Shown here: piece after piece, positions 1 through 10,051 of the stretch
Layout: the number at the start of each line of letters is the position of its first letter
How positions within the stretch are numbered: the first letter of the stretch is position 1
Source: Alphaproteobacteria bacterium
GTDB lineage: Bacteria > Pseudomonadota > Alphaproteobacteria > Micavibrionales > Micavibrionaceae
Direction: 5' to 3'
NCBI GenBank assembly: GCA_027482195.1
Contig: JAIXWE010000053.1
Coordinates: forward strand, 3,308 to 67,307
DNA: 64,000 bases
Program-made: the position numbers and the translations under genes
The notes under the pieces: model-generated
What the model was told of the DNA's origin: nothing
What the model saw: the letters and a program-made list of their open reading frames with translations, nothing else
The model's database searches: none

Positions 1-641
1 TGCTGATGTCGGTGTGGGGGTGGTCGATCATCATCCACAAACGCAACATGTTAAAAAAACTCAACCGCCGCGCGGATAAATTTGAAGATGCGTTTTGGTC
101 AGGTGAGCCGATGGATAAATTATATCAGCGTGTTAAAAAAAGCCCGTCTGATCCATTGCTCGCAACTTTCACTGCCGGCATGGAAGAATGGCAAGCGGGC
201 ATTTCGGCCGGAATTCCATCTTCCGAGAATTTGCAAGCAAGTTTAAAACAACGTGTGGAGCGCGCCATGTCGTTGGCGATTGTGCGTGAAATGCAAGGTG
301 TTGAACGCGGCATGACGTTTTTAGCCACGTGTGGATCCACCGCAACCTTTATCGGATTATTCGGAACCGTGTGGGGGATCATGCGATCGTTTATTGCCAT
401 TGCCGCGATGAATAATACGTCATTGGCCGTTGTGGCTCCGGGTATTGCTGAGGCCTTGTTTGCAACCGCCCTTGGCCTTGTTGCGGCCATTCCCGCCATG
501 GTCGGGTATAACATGTTTTCAACCGCGATCATGCGTTACGGCGACCGTCTTCAGGCTTTTTCAACTGAGTTCTCGGCAATCATGTCACGCCATCTTGATA
601 ATCAAGAGCGCGGCGGAACTTCACCACGGCGGGTGGCATAA
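1..641 (+). CDS. tolQ: TolQ, Tol-Pal inner-membrane proton channel subunit (5' end cut by window edge)
   Basis: The reading frame is open to base 1. MotA/TolQ/ExbB-type segments are present (GLFGTVWGIMRSF, IAEALFATALGLVAAIPA). It is followed directly by tolR-tolA-tolB. Confidence 0.9.
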   Translation, partial: LMSVWGWSIIIHKRNMLKKLNRRADKFEDAFWSGEPMDKLYQRVKKSPSDPLLATFTAGMEEWQAGISAGIPSSENLQASLKQRVERAMSLAIVREMQGVERGMTFLATCGSTATFIGLFGTVWGIMRSFIAIAAMNNTSLAVVAPGIAEALFATALGLVAAIPAMVGYNMFSTAIMRYGDRLQAFSTEFSAIMSRHLDNQERGGTSPRRVA

Positions 642-643
642 TC

Positions 644-1087
644 ATGGGTATGTCGATTCAACCAAATTCGGGCGGGAATGGGGCACGGCGTTATCGCCCG
701 ATGTCTGAGATTAACGTCACACCCTTCATTGATGTGATGTTGGTCTTGCTCATTGTGTTCATGGTAACGGCACCCTTATTGAATGCGGGTGTTCAGGTTG
801 ATTTGCCGAAATCTGAAGCCGCCGCCATTTCCACCTCTGACGACAAACCTTTGGAAGTATCCGTTGATAAGGGTGGGCAAATTTTCATTGGCGAAACAAA
901 AGTAACGCGGGACCAGCTTTTGGAAAAGCTCACGGCGATTGCCGGAAATAATTTTGAACAACGTATCTTCATTCGTGCGGACCAAGGAATTCCTTATGGT
1001 GATGTGATGGGTGTAATTGGTGCAATCAACAAGGCAGGTTACCGCAAGGTGGCTTTAATTTCTGAACCAACCGCGCAACGGCGTTAA
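644..1087 (+). CDS. tolR: TolR (ExbD/TolR family)
   Basis: 147 aa with a single N-terminal TM helix (INVTPFIDVMLVLLIVFMV). It starts 2 nt after tolQ. Confidence 0.9.
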   Translation: MGMSIQPNSGGNGARRYRPMSEINVTPFIDVMLVLLIVFMVTAPLLNAGVQVDLPKSEAAAISTSDDKPLEVSVDKGGQIFIGETKVTRDQLLEKLTAIAGNNFEQRIFIRADQGIPYGDVMGVIGAINKAGYRKVALISEPTAQRR

Positions 1088-1106
1088 ACTTTCACGGGTG
1101 TAAAAA

Positions 1107-2033
1107 ATGAATAACCCGCGCGATCAAAAACCCACCCCCGCACCAGCTGTTGATACCAGCCTGAAAAAACCTTTGACGGCGTCGATCCTTATTCATGTGG
1201 CGATTGTGATTATTGCCATCGTTGGCTTGCCACATTTTCAATCAGAAGAACAAATTATCGAAGCCGTTCCAATTGATTTGGTCGCGGATATTGGGGAGCT
1301 GACCTCCACCAACAAGCCACCCGTGAAAGCGCCACCCAAGGAAGAGCCAAAGAAAGAAGAACCGCCGCCCAAGGCGAAAGAGCCGCCAAAACCACCACCA
1401 ACACCTGAGAAAAAAGCGGAACCCCCGCCACAAGAAGAGTTAAAAGAACCACCGAAAAAGGAAGAAAAAACGGTGGAGGATTTGGTCGACGAACTCGCTC
1501 CCCCGAAAAAGGACGAGAAGAAAAAGCCTGAGCCGAAGAAGGAAGAGTCCAAGCCAAAACCAAAAGATGAGAGTAAAGAAAAAGCGAAAGAACAGAAGGA
1601 GGATTTTGACTCTCTTCTCAAGAATTTAACGCCAGAAGAATCGCAACAAGAAGCCACGGTGGGTGACGAAGAGCTTATGACCAGTGCGGAATCGTCACCG
1701 GATATCAGCCGCGTATCCGATATTCTCAGCATCTCGGAAATGGATGCGTTGCGTCAACAACTTGCGGGTTGTTGGAATATTATGGCGGGGGCGATGAATG
1801 CCGAAGATCTTAAGGTTGAAATTCGTGTGGAAGTGAACCCAGATCGGACGGTAAAATCGGCGCAGGTGGTTGACCAAAGGCGTTATAACAGCGATACTTT
1901 CTTCCGCGCAATGGCGGAGAGTGCGTTGCGGGCTGTGCAAAATCCGCGGTGTTCGCCCTTGCGTTTGCCAGAGGATAAATATTCCACATGGCGCACTATG
2001 ACGATTGTTTTTGATCCAAAGGATATGTTCTGA
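1107..2033 (+). CDS. tolA: TolA-like cell envelope integrity protein
   Basis: It has an N-terminal TM helix, a long Pro/Lys/Glu-rich linker and a globular C-terminal domain. It sits between tolR and tolB. Confidence 0.75.
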   Translation: MNNPRDQKPTPAPAVDTSLKKPLTASILIHVAIVIIAIVGLPHFQSEEQIIEAVPIDLVADIGELTSTNKPPVKAPPKEEPKKEEPPPKAKEPPKPPPTPEKKAEPPPQEELKEPPKKEEKTVEDLVDELAPPKKDEKKKPEPKKEESKPKPKDESKEKAKEQKEDFDSLLKNLTPEESQQEATVGDEELMTSAESSPDISRVSDILSISEMDALRQQLAGCWNIMAGAMNAEDLKVEIRVEVNPDRTVKSAQVVDQRRYNSDTFFRAMAESALRAVQNPRCSPLRLPEDKYSTWRTMTIVFDPKDMF

Positions 2034-3328
2034 TGACACGCTTTCTCTTTTTGTTTGTTGCCGCTTTGACATTTGCATTTCCCGTTCATGCGGAATTGCG
2101 CATTGATGTAAATCGCGGCGTGTCTGAACCGATCCCGATTGCGGTGACACGTTTTGTGGCCAAGGACTCTGCCGGCATTCCTTTGGCGGATGGAATTCCA
2201 TCGGTCATTACAAATAATTTGGAAGGCACAGGGTTATTTCGCCCGATTGATCCCAAGGCCTTTATTCAAGATGAAAATTCTTTACAAACCGAAGTGCGCT
2301 TTCCCGAATGGAAATCAATTAATGCGCAAGGTTTGGTAACGGGTGCGATTACCAAAGCCCCCGACGGACGTTTGCGGGTTGAGTTTCGTTTATTTGACGT
2401 GTTCGGCCAACAACAAATGTCTGGCATGGCCTATATGACCACGCCCCAAAATTGGCGGCGCATTGCACACATTATTTCTGATGAGATTTATAAACGCCTA
2501 ACCGGTGAAAATGGATATTTCGATTCACGTGTTGTTTATATTGCCGAAAGTGGCCCTGGTACCGCGCGTGTCAAACGTCTTGCGATTATGGATCAAGACG
2601 GTGCGAATAATCGTTTTCTCACCGATGGTGCGAACCTTGTTCTTACGCCGCGATTTTCTCCCAACCAACATGTTCTTGCTTATCTTGCTTATGTCGGTGG
2701 CAAGCCACGCGTTTACATCTATGATCTTCAAACGGGGAACCAACAAGTATTGGGTGATTTTCCCGGCATGACCTTTGCCCCGCGCTTTTCACCTGATGGT
2801 TCTAAACTCATTTTCTCGCTTGCACGCAATGGTAACACAGATTTGTATGCGATGGATCTAAGCTCACGGCGCACGCAACAATTAACCAATGATCCAAATA
2901 TTGACACCGCCCCAAGCTATTCTCCTGATGGGTCTCAAATTACTTTTGAATCGGATCGTGGTGGAACACAACAAATTTACGTGATGTCTGCGTCGGGCGG
3001 CAACCCGCGCCGCATCACCTTTGGCCAAGGGCGTTACGCGTCACCGGTGTGGTCACCGCGCGGCGATCTTATTGCCTTTACCCGCATGTATAAGGGGCAA
3101 TTTTACATTGGTGTGGTGCGCCCCGATGGAACCGGCGAGCGTTTGATCGCCAATGGTTTCCACATGGAAGGCCCCACATGGGCCCCCAATGGTCGCGTTC
3201 TTGCCTATTTTGTTGAGCAAGGTAACTCCGCAAAAATTTACAGTGTTGACATCACCGGGTTTAACCGCCGCGTGTTGAAAACAGCGGGCGATGCATCCGA
3301 TCCGGCATGGTCACCGATTAATCCGTAA
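2033..3328 (+). CDS. tolB: TolB periplasmic beta-propeller protein
   Basis: It has a signal peptide and repeated propeller blades (PRFSPDG, PSYSPDG, PVWSPRG, PTWAPNG). It overlaps the tolA stop by 1 nt. Confidence 0.95.
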   Translation: MTRFLFLFVAALTFAFPVHAELRIDVNRGVSEPIPIAVTRFVAKDSAGIPLADGIPSVITNNLEGTGLFRPIDPKAFIQDENSLQTEVRFPEWKSINAQGLVTGAITKAPDGRLRVEFRLFDVFGQQQMSGMAYMTTPQNWRRIAHIISDEIYKRLTGENGYFDSRVVYIAESGPGTARVKRLAIMDQDGANNRFLTDGANLVLTPRFSPNQHVLAYLAYVGGKPRVYIYDLQTGNQQVLGDFPGMTFAPRFSPDGSKLIFSLARNGNTDLYAMDLSSRRTQQLTNDPNIDTAPSYSPDGSQITFESDRGGTQQIYVMSASGGNPRRITFGQGRYASPVWSPRGDLIAFTRMYKGQFYIGVVRPDGTGERLIANGFHMEGPTWAPNGRVLAYFVEQGNSAKIYSVDITGFNRRVLKTAGDASDPAWSPINP

Positions 3329-3346
3329 CATAGGAAATAAAGGCAC

Positions 3347-3874
3347 ATGCAAGAGGAGCGCAATTTAACAGGCGAATATGTAAGTAACAGTATGCTGTAT
3401 ATGTGGCGTGCGATTATCTCAATTGCGCATATCGACCGTAAAATTGATCAAAGTGAGAAAGAACATTTTGAAAAAGTATTTCAAGCTTTATGGCGCGCAA
3501 AAAATCTTACCCAAGACCAGCTTGATATTTTGAAACAGGATTTAACCGCGCCTCAAGATACATTTGATATGTTGCGTCATATTAATGATCCCTCTTATCG
3601 CGGCCAGGTGATTACCTTCGCTTACAAGGTTGCGCGGCTTGATGGTAAAGTTGATCCGGACGAGAAAGCTGTTTTGGATAAGATGCATGCCCATATCACC
3701 GAAGGGTTGGACATGGCTCAGATCCGCTCACATGTCGCGGCGGTTGTGAAGCGTGAAATGTCGATGCATGATGTTAAAATGTCTATGAACCGCCCACAAT
3801 ATGATGAGGGGCTGGGTATTGCCGCACTCATTGATGATATTTTGCTCTTCTTCGGAATAGATCTTTACAGTTAA
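3347..3874 (+). CDS. Hypothetical protein, TerB-like (DjlA N-terminal-like) helical domain suspected
   Basis: 175-aa ORF. Two segments of the type HIDRKIDQSEKEHF and ARLDGKVDPDEKAVL recall the TerB aDG-x-i-x3-E repeat. This rests on motif recollection only. Confidence 0.4.
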   Translation: MQEERNLTGEYVSNSMLYMWRAIISIAHIDRKIDQSEKEHFEKVFQALWRAKNLTQDQLDILKQDLTAPQDTFDMLRHINDPSYRGQVITFAYKVARLDGKVDPDEKAVLDKMHAHITEGLDMAQIRSHVAAVVKREMSMHDVKMSMNRPQYDEGLGIAALIDDILLFFGIDLYS

Positions 3875-4332
3875 GTGAATTTTTCAAAACGGCGAATAAC
3901 CTCGCGGTAAGTCTCACACTTAAACGGTACGATTAAATCAAGCGTGTCTGGCAATGACACCCATTGCCAACGCGTAAATTCTTGGGGTTGATGCTTAAAG
4001 ATATCAATCTCAGAGTCATCGCCGCGAAAGCGAAGGGCGATCCAATGTTGTTCTTGCCCCACATATTTTCCCGCCCATAATTTTTTTTGAAGATCAGGTG
4101 GTAAATCATACCGCAATGGCGGTGTTGAGATTTCAAGAATGTCAACCGAGGTTATTCCTGTTTCCTCATAAAGCTCGCGCCGCGCCGCGGTCTCTAAATC
4201 TTCTCCTAAATCAATTCCACCTTGAGGCATTTGCCACGCGCCCAAATAATCACAACGTTCGCCTACGAAAACTTTTCCGTCTTTGTTGAAGACAGCCAAG
4301 CCAACACATGGTCGATAAAGAGGTTCAGTCAT
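3871..4332 (-). CDS. rppH: RNA pyrophosphohydrolase RppH (Nudix)
   Basis: Nudix box GGIDLGEDLETAARRELYEETGI. Size and N-terminus (YRPCVGLAVFN) are typical of RppH. Confidence 0.85.
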   Translation of the reverse strand: MTEPLYRPCVGLAVFNKDGKVFVGERCDYLGAWQMPQGGIDLGEDLETAARRELYEETGITSVDILEISTPPLRYDLPPDLQKKLWAGKYVGQEQHWIALRFRGDDSEIDIFKHQPQEFTRWQWVSLPDTLDLIVPFKCETYREVIRRFEKFT

Positions 4333-5408
4333 TTTTGATTGATATAAGCACTTAAAGGCGCGAGGGCGATATTTTTTTGTTCCAAGACGGAAAGGGAGTC
4401 TTTGATAGCTTGCGCCGTCACAGGTGTAAGGGGAAGCTGAAGAACGGCTTTACGGTTAGCTTCGGCATCACCTATTGCTTTTTGAATGTGCGCTGTGACT
4501 TCGGTAGGGGTTGAGATGAACGCAAAGTCACGTACGGCTATAGGAATTTTTCTGTTACTCGCGGCTTGCTCCAAACTTTGCGGTTGAGGTATAAAAGCAG
4601 CAAGTCCAAGCCCGCGCGCGTTTAATGATCTCAAAATATCTGAAAAAGAAACATCTTGTGGTGTCATAGATAAGGAACCACTCATGATTACGCCGGCATA
4701 TCCGGTCGCTCGCGCCAATGTTTTCAAAAAGCGTGTACGGTTTTCTTCCAAACTGTTTCCAACGCGCAACGTCAAAGGCCCCCAATCGGCATTATCCGTT
4801 GTTTGAAGTGGCAAGCTTAACCAGACTTCATGGGAATCTTCGCGCGCGGAGGTGGTCAGGCTTTGCGGATCATCCGTGTAAGGTGAAAGCGCTAATGTAA
4901 CGCCTGCGGGCAAATTCAAAGCCGCACCCGTCATGCGCCGTGACAAGCCAAAATCAGTCACAACAATTGCCAACATCGCCTTTGTCTCAGCGGGGGGAGA
5001 AAAGGGCGCAGAATAAGCTTTGAAAGGTGTGAGCCCGTCACTAGTGCGAATGATGGGTACAAGGCCCTGGGCTGTGCTTTCATGCAAGCCGGCGACCGCG
5101 TCTTCAACAACTTGCTTTTCAACAGTCTGCGGCGGCGGCGCAAGTGGTGCCGCAACATTTTGTGTTGCCGTTGACGGCGTTGGCGTGGGGGCCGTTGGTG
5201 AAGAAGGTACTGGGAGTTTATAGCTCAAAGTAATTTTTGAAAAATCTTGTTTGGGTTGATTGCCAAAAACGGCAAAACCCGCGAGCGTCAAGCTAAGAAG
5301 ACACACACCACCGAGAATCGTTCCAAGGAAAATGCGGCTGTGGAATACAGGCTCCAGAAAGCCAATTTGCGGAACAGGTGGTATGACGAAAGGAATTTTA
5401 AGCCCCAT
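4329..5408 (-). CDS. Divergent polysaccharide deacetylase family protein (YibQ-like)
   Basis: The C-terminal half has the pattern LAIVVTDFG...LPAGVTLALSPY...HEVWLSLPLQ, typical of YibQ-type proteins. It sits downstream of ctpA, as is usual in Alphaproteobacteria. I moved the start to the internal Met (MGLKIPF) to avoid a 35-nt overlap with ctpA. Confidence 0.65.
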   Translation of the reverse strand: MGLKIPFVIPPVPQIGFLEPVFHSRIFLGTILGGVCLLSLTLAGFAVFGNQPKQDFSKITLSYKLPVPSSPTAPTPTPSTATQNVAAPLAPPPQTVEKQVVEDAVAGLHESTAQGLVPIIRTSDGLTPFKAYSAPFSPPAETKAMLAIVVTDFGLSRRMTGAALNLPAGVTLALSPYTDDPQSLTTSAREDSHEVWLSLPLQTTDNADWGPLTLRVGNSLEENRTRFLKTLARATGYAGVIMSGSLSMTPQDVSFSDILRSLNARGLGLAAFIPQPQSLEQAASNRKIPIAVRDFAFISTPTEVTAHIQKAIGDAEANRKAVLQLPLTPVTAQAIKDSLSVLEQKNIALAPLSAYINQK

Positions 5409-5412
5409 TCGT

Positions 5413-6819
5413 TTATTTCCCTTTATCTTGATACAAGGCCAAGCCACGAAGCAAATCCATCGCGCGTTGCAGTTGATAATCCTGCTCCGCTTCTTTGCTT
5501 AAATTTGGTTTTTCATCAGAAGTCCCATCCTTTGATTCCGCATTGTCATTTGCAGGCGCTGCGGGGTCAGGAGATTCAGACTCATTTTCCTTGGGCTTCG
5601 CGCTATCAGGATTGGCTAACGCGCCCTTCAAATCTTCCTCGTGAAAACTTTTGTCATCAATTTTTTCAAGTTTTGCGGGTTCAACAATAATATCGGGATC
5701 AATTCCCTTTGCCTGAATTGAACGACCAGACGGTGTGTAATACCGCGCGGTGGTAAGGCGCATTGCTCCGTCTCCCGCCATGGGGATAACGGTTTGCACA
5801 GATCCTTTTCCGAAGGAACGCGTGCCCATGACAATGGCACGACGGTGATCTTGAAGCGCGCCCGAAACAATTTCAGCCGCAGACGCAGAACCACCATTGA
5901 TTAAAACAACCAACGGCAAACCTTTGGTCAGGTCGCCAGATGTCGCATAATCGCGCTTGATATCATTCGCATCACGTCCACGTGTGGAAACAATTTCACC
6001 TTTATCTAAGAACACATCTGAAACTGAAATGGCTTGATCCAATAAACCACCGGGATTGTTGCGAAGGTCGATCACATATCCCATCAATTTTGTGCCAGAT
6101 TCTTTTTCAATTTTTGCAATCGCATCCTTCAAGCCAATAAATGTGTTTTGGTTAAAGGTGGTGATACGCAAATATCCGATATTCCCGCCTTCCACGCGTG
6201 AGCGCACAGATTGAATTTTGATGACATCACGAACGATTTTCACCTCAATCGGTTCGGCCACATCTTTACGGCGGATGGTGAGTTTAACTGGCGAGCCAAC
6301 TTTGCCGCGCATTTTCTCGACGGCGTCCGATAAGGTCATGCCGATAATGGGTTTATCGTCAATTTGTACAATAAAATCACCCGATTTCACTCCAGCCTTA
6401 AAAGCAGGCGTGTCATCAATCGGCGAGACAACTTTTACCAAACCTTCTTCCATCGTGACTTCGATTCCTAAACCACCGAATTCCCCACGCGTTTGCGTGC
6501 GCATATCATCAAAATCTTTCATGTTGAGATAAGAGGAATGCGCATCAAGGCTGGTCAACATTCCGTTGATAGCATATTCGATCAGTTTCTCATCAGAAAC
6601 CTTGTCAACATATTGGGCGCGCACACGTTCAAACACATCTCCGAAAAGATTGAGCTGTTTATATGTTTCTTCCGGTGAAGATGGTGCGTCATCTTTTTTC
6701 TCTTCCTCATTCGAGGCGGTCACAGATTTTTCTTCTTGTTTTTTTTCTTGTGCCTGCGCCAAAGGAAAATGAACGAGACACAGCATGACAGCCAAAGACA
6801 AAAACAAACGCGTATTCAT
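5413..6819 (-). CDS. ctpA: Carboxy-terminal processing protease (S41)
   Basis: It has a signal peptide, a PDZ region, the catalytic Ser motif NGGSASAAEI and the Lys motif SFGKGSVQ. Confidence 0.95.
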   Translation of the reverse strand: MNTRLFLSLAVMLCLVHFPLAQAQEKKQEEKSVTASNEEEKKDDAPSSPEETYKQLNLFGDVFERVRAQYVDKVSDEKLIEYAINGMLTSLDAHSSYLNMKDFDDMRTQTRGEFGGLGIEVTMEEGLVKVVSPIDDTPAFKAGVKSGDFIVQIDDKPIIGMTLSDAVEKMRGKVGSPVKLTIRRKDVAEPIEVKIVRDVIKIQSVRSRVEGGNIGYLRITTFNQNTFIGLKDAIAKIEKESGTKLMGYVIDLRNNPGGLLDQAISVSDVFLDKGEIVSTRGRDANDIKRDYATSGDLTKGLPLVVLINGGSASAAEIVSGALQDHRRAIVMGTRSFGKGSVQTVIPMAGDGAMRLTTARYYTPSGRSIQAKGIDPDIIVEPAKLEKIDDKSFHEEDLKGALANPDSAKPKENESESPDPAAPANDNAESKDGTSDEKPNLSKEAEQDYQLQRAMDLLRGLALYQDKGK

Positions 6820-6842
6820 TTTAAAAATTCCTCACATGTTAT

Positions 6843-8057
6843 TTAGCTGCCAAGACCGGAAATCTTACGGGCGGGGTTAATCGGTTGACCGTTAAGTCGA
6901 AGTTCATAATAGAGGGTTGCGCGTGCACCGTCACCCCCCAGACTGCCTAAAGGTTCGCCCGAATCCACAGATTGGCCAACACGAACGCCAATGCGCCCCA
7001 AGCCCGCAACCAGACTATGGTAATTGTTTTTGTGTTCGAGCAAAATAATCGTGCCATAAGTCTTAAACGGGCCGGCATAACGCACAATTCCACCCAAGGG
7101 CGCAACCACAACTGACCCGGGGCGCGATTCAATGCGCACACCTTCGCTTGTCGCACCTATATTATCTTTCTCCCCAAAACTTGTGAGCAGTTTGCCAGCC
7201 ACCGGCATGCGCGAACTTCCCAACGCGGGAAGTGTTGCGTCAATCTTGTCATCATCAATTGCGGGGCGGCGCCGCGCTGGCGTGTCCCCGTCTTTCTTTT
7301 CTTTTGCGCGGGCACGCTTGCGCGCTTCGGCACGTTTTTGTTGTTCAAGTTTATCGATAAGGTCACGCAAATTTCTTGCTTGGCGCGACAAATTTGCGAT
7401 TGTTTGTTCTTGAGATTTTAAATCAGATTGCGTTTCGGTAAAAGCTTTCTGGCGCGCCTTCATCAAGGCATCCATTTTTTCTTTCTCAGTTTTAAGTTTT
7501 TCTGTTTGCCCCGCGATTTCTGTTTTATTTTCTTCCAAATCAGCTTGAATCTTTTCAAGTTCAGCAAGCTTATCTTTCAAAACAGCGGCTCGCGCATTTA
7601 ACTCAGGTACAATTGCACTTAAAACTGTGACCGCCTGTGCCGTTTCCAACGGTGCGCCCGGACGTGCGATGAGGGTTGACGGGGGAAGGCGGCGGATGCG
7701 CTCTAAGGCAATGATAAGATTGGCAAGTGCTGCGCGTTCTTTGTCGAGGCTTTCAACCAGATCATTTTTTTCTTTCGTTAACGACTCGAGTTTCTTTTCA
7801 AGTTCGGTAAGATTTTTTTGACTTTTTGATACTTTCTCCGTCGTCGATATAAGATTGGTTTTGAGACCTTTTACATCTTTGGCAAGATCGGCCACTTTTT
7901 TATTCAGCTCCTCTTGACGTTTTTTTTCTTTAGCGAGGCGTTTTTCAACTTCAGCGACAGACTCTTTTTTGGGCGGTGGGGACTTTTTTGACTCCGCTAA
8001 TACAGGCGCAGAAGAAAGCAAGAAAGAAAGGAAAATGAGTGTAAGAAATTTTTTCAT
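6843..8057 (-). CDS. Murein hydrolase activator EnvC-like, peptidase M23 domain protein
   Basis: It has a signal peptide, about 250 aa of coiled coil and a C-terminal LytM/M23 domain (GIVRYAGPFKTYGTIILLEH...YYELRLNGQPINP). Confidence 0.8.
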   Translation of the reverse strand: MKKFLTLIFLSFLLSSAPVLAESKKSPPPKKESVAEVEKRLAKEKKRQEELNKKVADLAKDVKGLKTNLISTTEKVSKSQKNLTELEKKLESLTKEKNDLVESLDKERAALANLIIALERIRRLPPSTLIARPGAPLETAQAVTVLSAIVPELNARAAVLKDKLAELEKIQADLEENKTEIAGQTEKLKTEKEKMDALMKARQKAFTETQSDLKSQEQTIANLSRQARNLRDLIDKLEQQKRAEARKRARAKEKKDGDTPARRRPAIDDDKIDATLPALGSSRMPVAGKLLTSFGEKDNIGATSEGVRIESRPGSVVVAPLGGIVRYAGPFKTYGTIILLEHKNNYHSLVAGLGRIGVRVGQSVDSGEPLGSLGGDGARATLYYELRLNGQPINPARKISGLGS

Positions 8058-8519
8058 TCAACCCTCGCGATGATAAGGGTGATTGCCAAGAATTTGTTGA
8101 GCGCGATAAATTTGCTCCAGCACCATAATGCGCACCATAAGATGCGGCCATGTTTGCTGCCCAAAACTCAAAAGCAAATTCGCTTGCGCGCGCACATCAT
8201 CCGTAAAGCCTTCCGCGCCGCCGATAAGAACAGATATTTTGCTGATCCCACTATTGCCAAGTTTTTGTAAGGTATGCGCGAAATCAAGACTACGTAAGCC
8301 GTCGCCGCGCTCGTCCATTGCAATCACAAAAGATTGTGGGTCAAGGCGTGCGAGCATTTGTTTCATTTCGTCTTGTTGCTGGGCTTTTGGATCTGTCACC
8401 CGGCTTTCAATTTCATGAATAGATACGGCCCAGCGCATCCGCTTTTGGTAATCATCCAAAAGTTCTGCCCACGGGCCTTTTTTGATTTTGCCAACGGCAA
8501 GGATGTCGATGCGAAACAT
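8058..8519 (-). CDS. rlmH: 23S rRNA (pseudouridine1915-N3)-methyltransferase RlmH
   Basis: 153-aa SPOUT-type protein with IGGAEGF and a conserved C-terminus (YRAQQILGNHPYHR). It sits next to rsfS and nadD. Confidence 0.9.
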   Translation of the reverse strand: MFRIDILAVGKIKKGPWAELLDDYQKRMRWAVSIHEIESRVTDPKAQQQDEMKQMLARLDPQSFVIAMDERGDGLRSLDFAHTLQKLGNSGISKISVLIGGAEGFTDDVRAQANLLLSFGQQTWPHLMVRIMVLEQIYRAQQILGNHPYHREG

Positions 8520-8560
8520 GACACCAGATTACGCAGTTTTACATGAAATTCAAACGGTGA

Positions 8561-8959
8561 TTATGCGTGGGATTGTGAGGGGCTCACAGATCTTGGTGGC
8601 CCATTTAATCCATGTGGACGCCACATTTTCTCAATATTATAAAACTCACGCACTTCGGGGCGGAAGATATGGACAATGATGTCATTGCAATCCACCACAA
8701 CCCAATCCCCTTGGGATTCGCCTTCGCTGCGTGGGGTGGGAAGCTTGAGGCTTTCATAAAGGTCGCGAATTTTTGAAGCAAGTGCCGACACCTGGCGTGA
8801 CGATGTTCCCGAAGCGATCACCATATAATCGGCCAAGGTTGAAAGGCCTTTAAGGTCGATGACTTCGATCTCACTTGCTTTGTTATCGTCGAGGGTTTGG
8901 ATCAGAAGAGTTTTGAGACGGTCAACCGTCAAAGATTGTGCGGGCGATAATGGTGTCAA
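8561..8959 (-). CDS. rsfS: Ribosome silencing factor RsfS
   Basis: Conserved core DYMVIASGTSSRQV...GDWVVVDCNDIIVHIF...REFYNIEKMW. Confidence 0.9.
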   Translation of the reverse strand: MTPLSPAQSLTVDRLKTLLIQTLDDNKASEIEVIDLKGLSTLADYMVIASGTSSRQVSALASKIRDLYESLKLPTPRSEGESQGDWVVVDCNDIIVHIFRPEVREFYNIEKMWRPHGLNGPPRSVSPSQSHA

Positions 8960-8963
8960 TGCG

Positions 8964-9554
8964 TCATATCTCCTTTGTGACTTCCTTCATTATACCGTGC
9001 TTTTGACTTGCGCGCAAATCACGGGATGCGAGGGGGTTGCGCGGAATATTTCGTAGTCTTTTCACATGGTTAGGGGATGGAAAACGAGCAAAGATTTTGC
9101 TGCGCCGCACAGGTTCCGTGCGCTCAAAAAAGACAAAAGGAACCAGGAGAGGGACATGTTGCCACCGATACCATCTATCAAATTCCGCGGCAATGTCATC
9201 ACCCGCAATCCAAATAAAGTGTGTGGTGGGAAAGAAAATTTCCAACTTTTTTAATGTGTGAAAGCTGCGTGACGTTGAGAATTTTTCTTCAAGTCGTGTG
9301 GCAATGAGCCGATGGTGAGAGCGTAAAGTTTTCTGCGCATCAAGAAATCTTTGTTCAAAATTTTCAGATTTTTCTTTAAGCGGATTTTGAGGAGAAACCA
9401 AAAACCACACCGCATCAAGATTGAGACGTTTAATGGCTTCGCGTGCAATGTGAATATGGCCATTATGAAGAGGATTAAACGACCCGCCCAATAAACCCAC
9501 ACGTTGCCCCGACCATGTGCGTCCAGAAAAACGATTAGGCTCAAACCGAGGCAA
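8964..9554 (-). CDS. nadD: Nicotinate-nucleotide adenylyltransferase
   Basis: Nucleotidyltransferase motif GGSFNPLHNGH. It belongs to the nadD-rsfS-rlmH cluster. Confidence 0.9.
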   Translation of the reverse strand: MPRFEPNRFSGRTWSGQRVGLLGGSFNPLHNGHIHIAREAIKRLNLDAVWFLVSPQNPLKEKSENFEQRFLDAQKTLRSHHRLIATRLEEKFSTSRSFHTLKKLEIFFPTTHFIWIAGDDIAAEFDRWYRWQHVPLLVPFVFFERTEPVRRSKIFARFPSPNHVKRLRNIPRNPLASRDLRASQKHGIMKEVTKEI

Positions 9555-10049
9555 TTAATTTAACCGGTTGAGTGATTGGGAAATGGATTGGTCCGTCAAT
9601 TTTTTAGACGATTCAGAATCCAATTTCTGGCTGATGATTTGACTTGCGGCGGACACAGCCAATTCCGTTGCATAGTGTATAAGATCAAGGCGTGTTTTTT
9701 CTTCCATGCGTCCAAGCTGTTCTTGTAGCATTTCTTCGCGGTGCGCCATTGTTCTTTGAAAATCCTGTTCGGCTTTTTCCTCAAGCTCACGCGCATGATG
9801 GCGGGCGGCCTCGATGATTTTTTGTGCCTCTTCATGCGCATGTTTTTGTTTGTCTTGATAATCCGCCAACATAATTTTGGCATCTTCGTGAAGTTGTTGT
9901 GCGTTTAAGATATCGGATTTGATCCGCTCAATTTTCCTATCAAGAACCGAGATAACGGAAGCGCGGCCAAATTTATAGGCGGCAAAAACGAAAATTATGA
10001 ACGAAAAGGCCGTCCAAATGGATGTATTGGTTTGCAAAAGTTCCATCAT
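9555..10049 (-). CDS. atpF: F0F1 ATP synthase subunit b
   Basis: 164 aa with an N-terminal TM helix followed by a long charged helix. It is last in the a-c-b'-b order typical of Alphaproteobacteria. Confidence 0.8.
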   Translation of the reverse strand: MMELLQTNTSIWTAFSFIIFVFAAYKFGRASVISVLDRKIERIKSDILNAQQLHEDAKIMLADYQDKQKHAHEEAQKIIEAARHHARELEEKAEQDFQRTMAHREEMLQEQLGRMEEKTRLDLIHYATELAVSAASQIISQKLDSESSKKLTDQSISQSLNRLN

Positions 10050-10051
10050 GA

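Noticed and set aside
1238-1732. Several 60-164 aa ORFs on the opposite strand and in other frames inside tolA.
   Set aside because: They mirror the low-complexity Pro/Lys/Glu-coding repeats of tolA. They have no start context and give nonsense low-complexity products.
5247-5690. 147-aa and 80-aa plus-strand ORFs across the ctpA/yibQ-like junction.
   Set aside because: They are antisense to two well-supported genes, and the products have no recognisable features.
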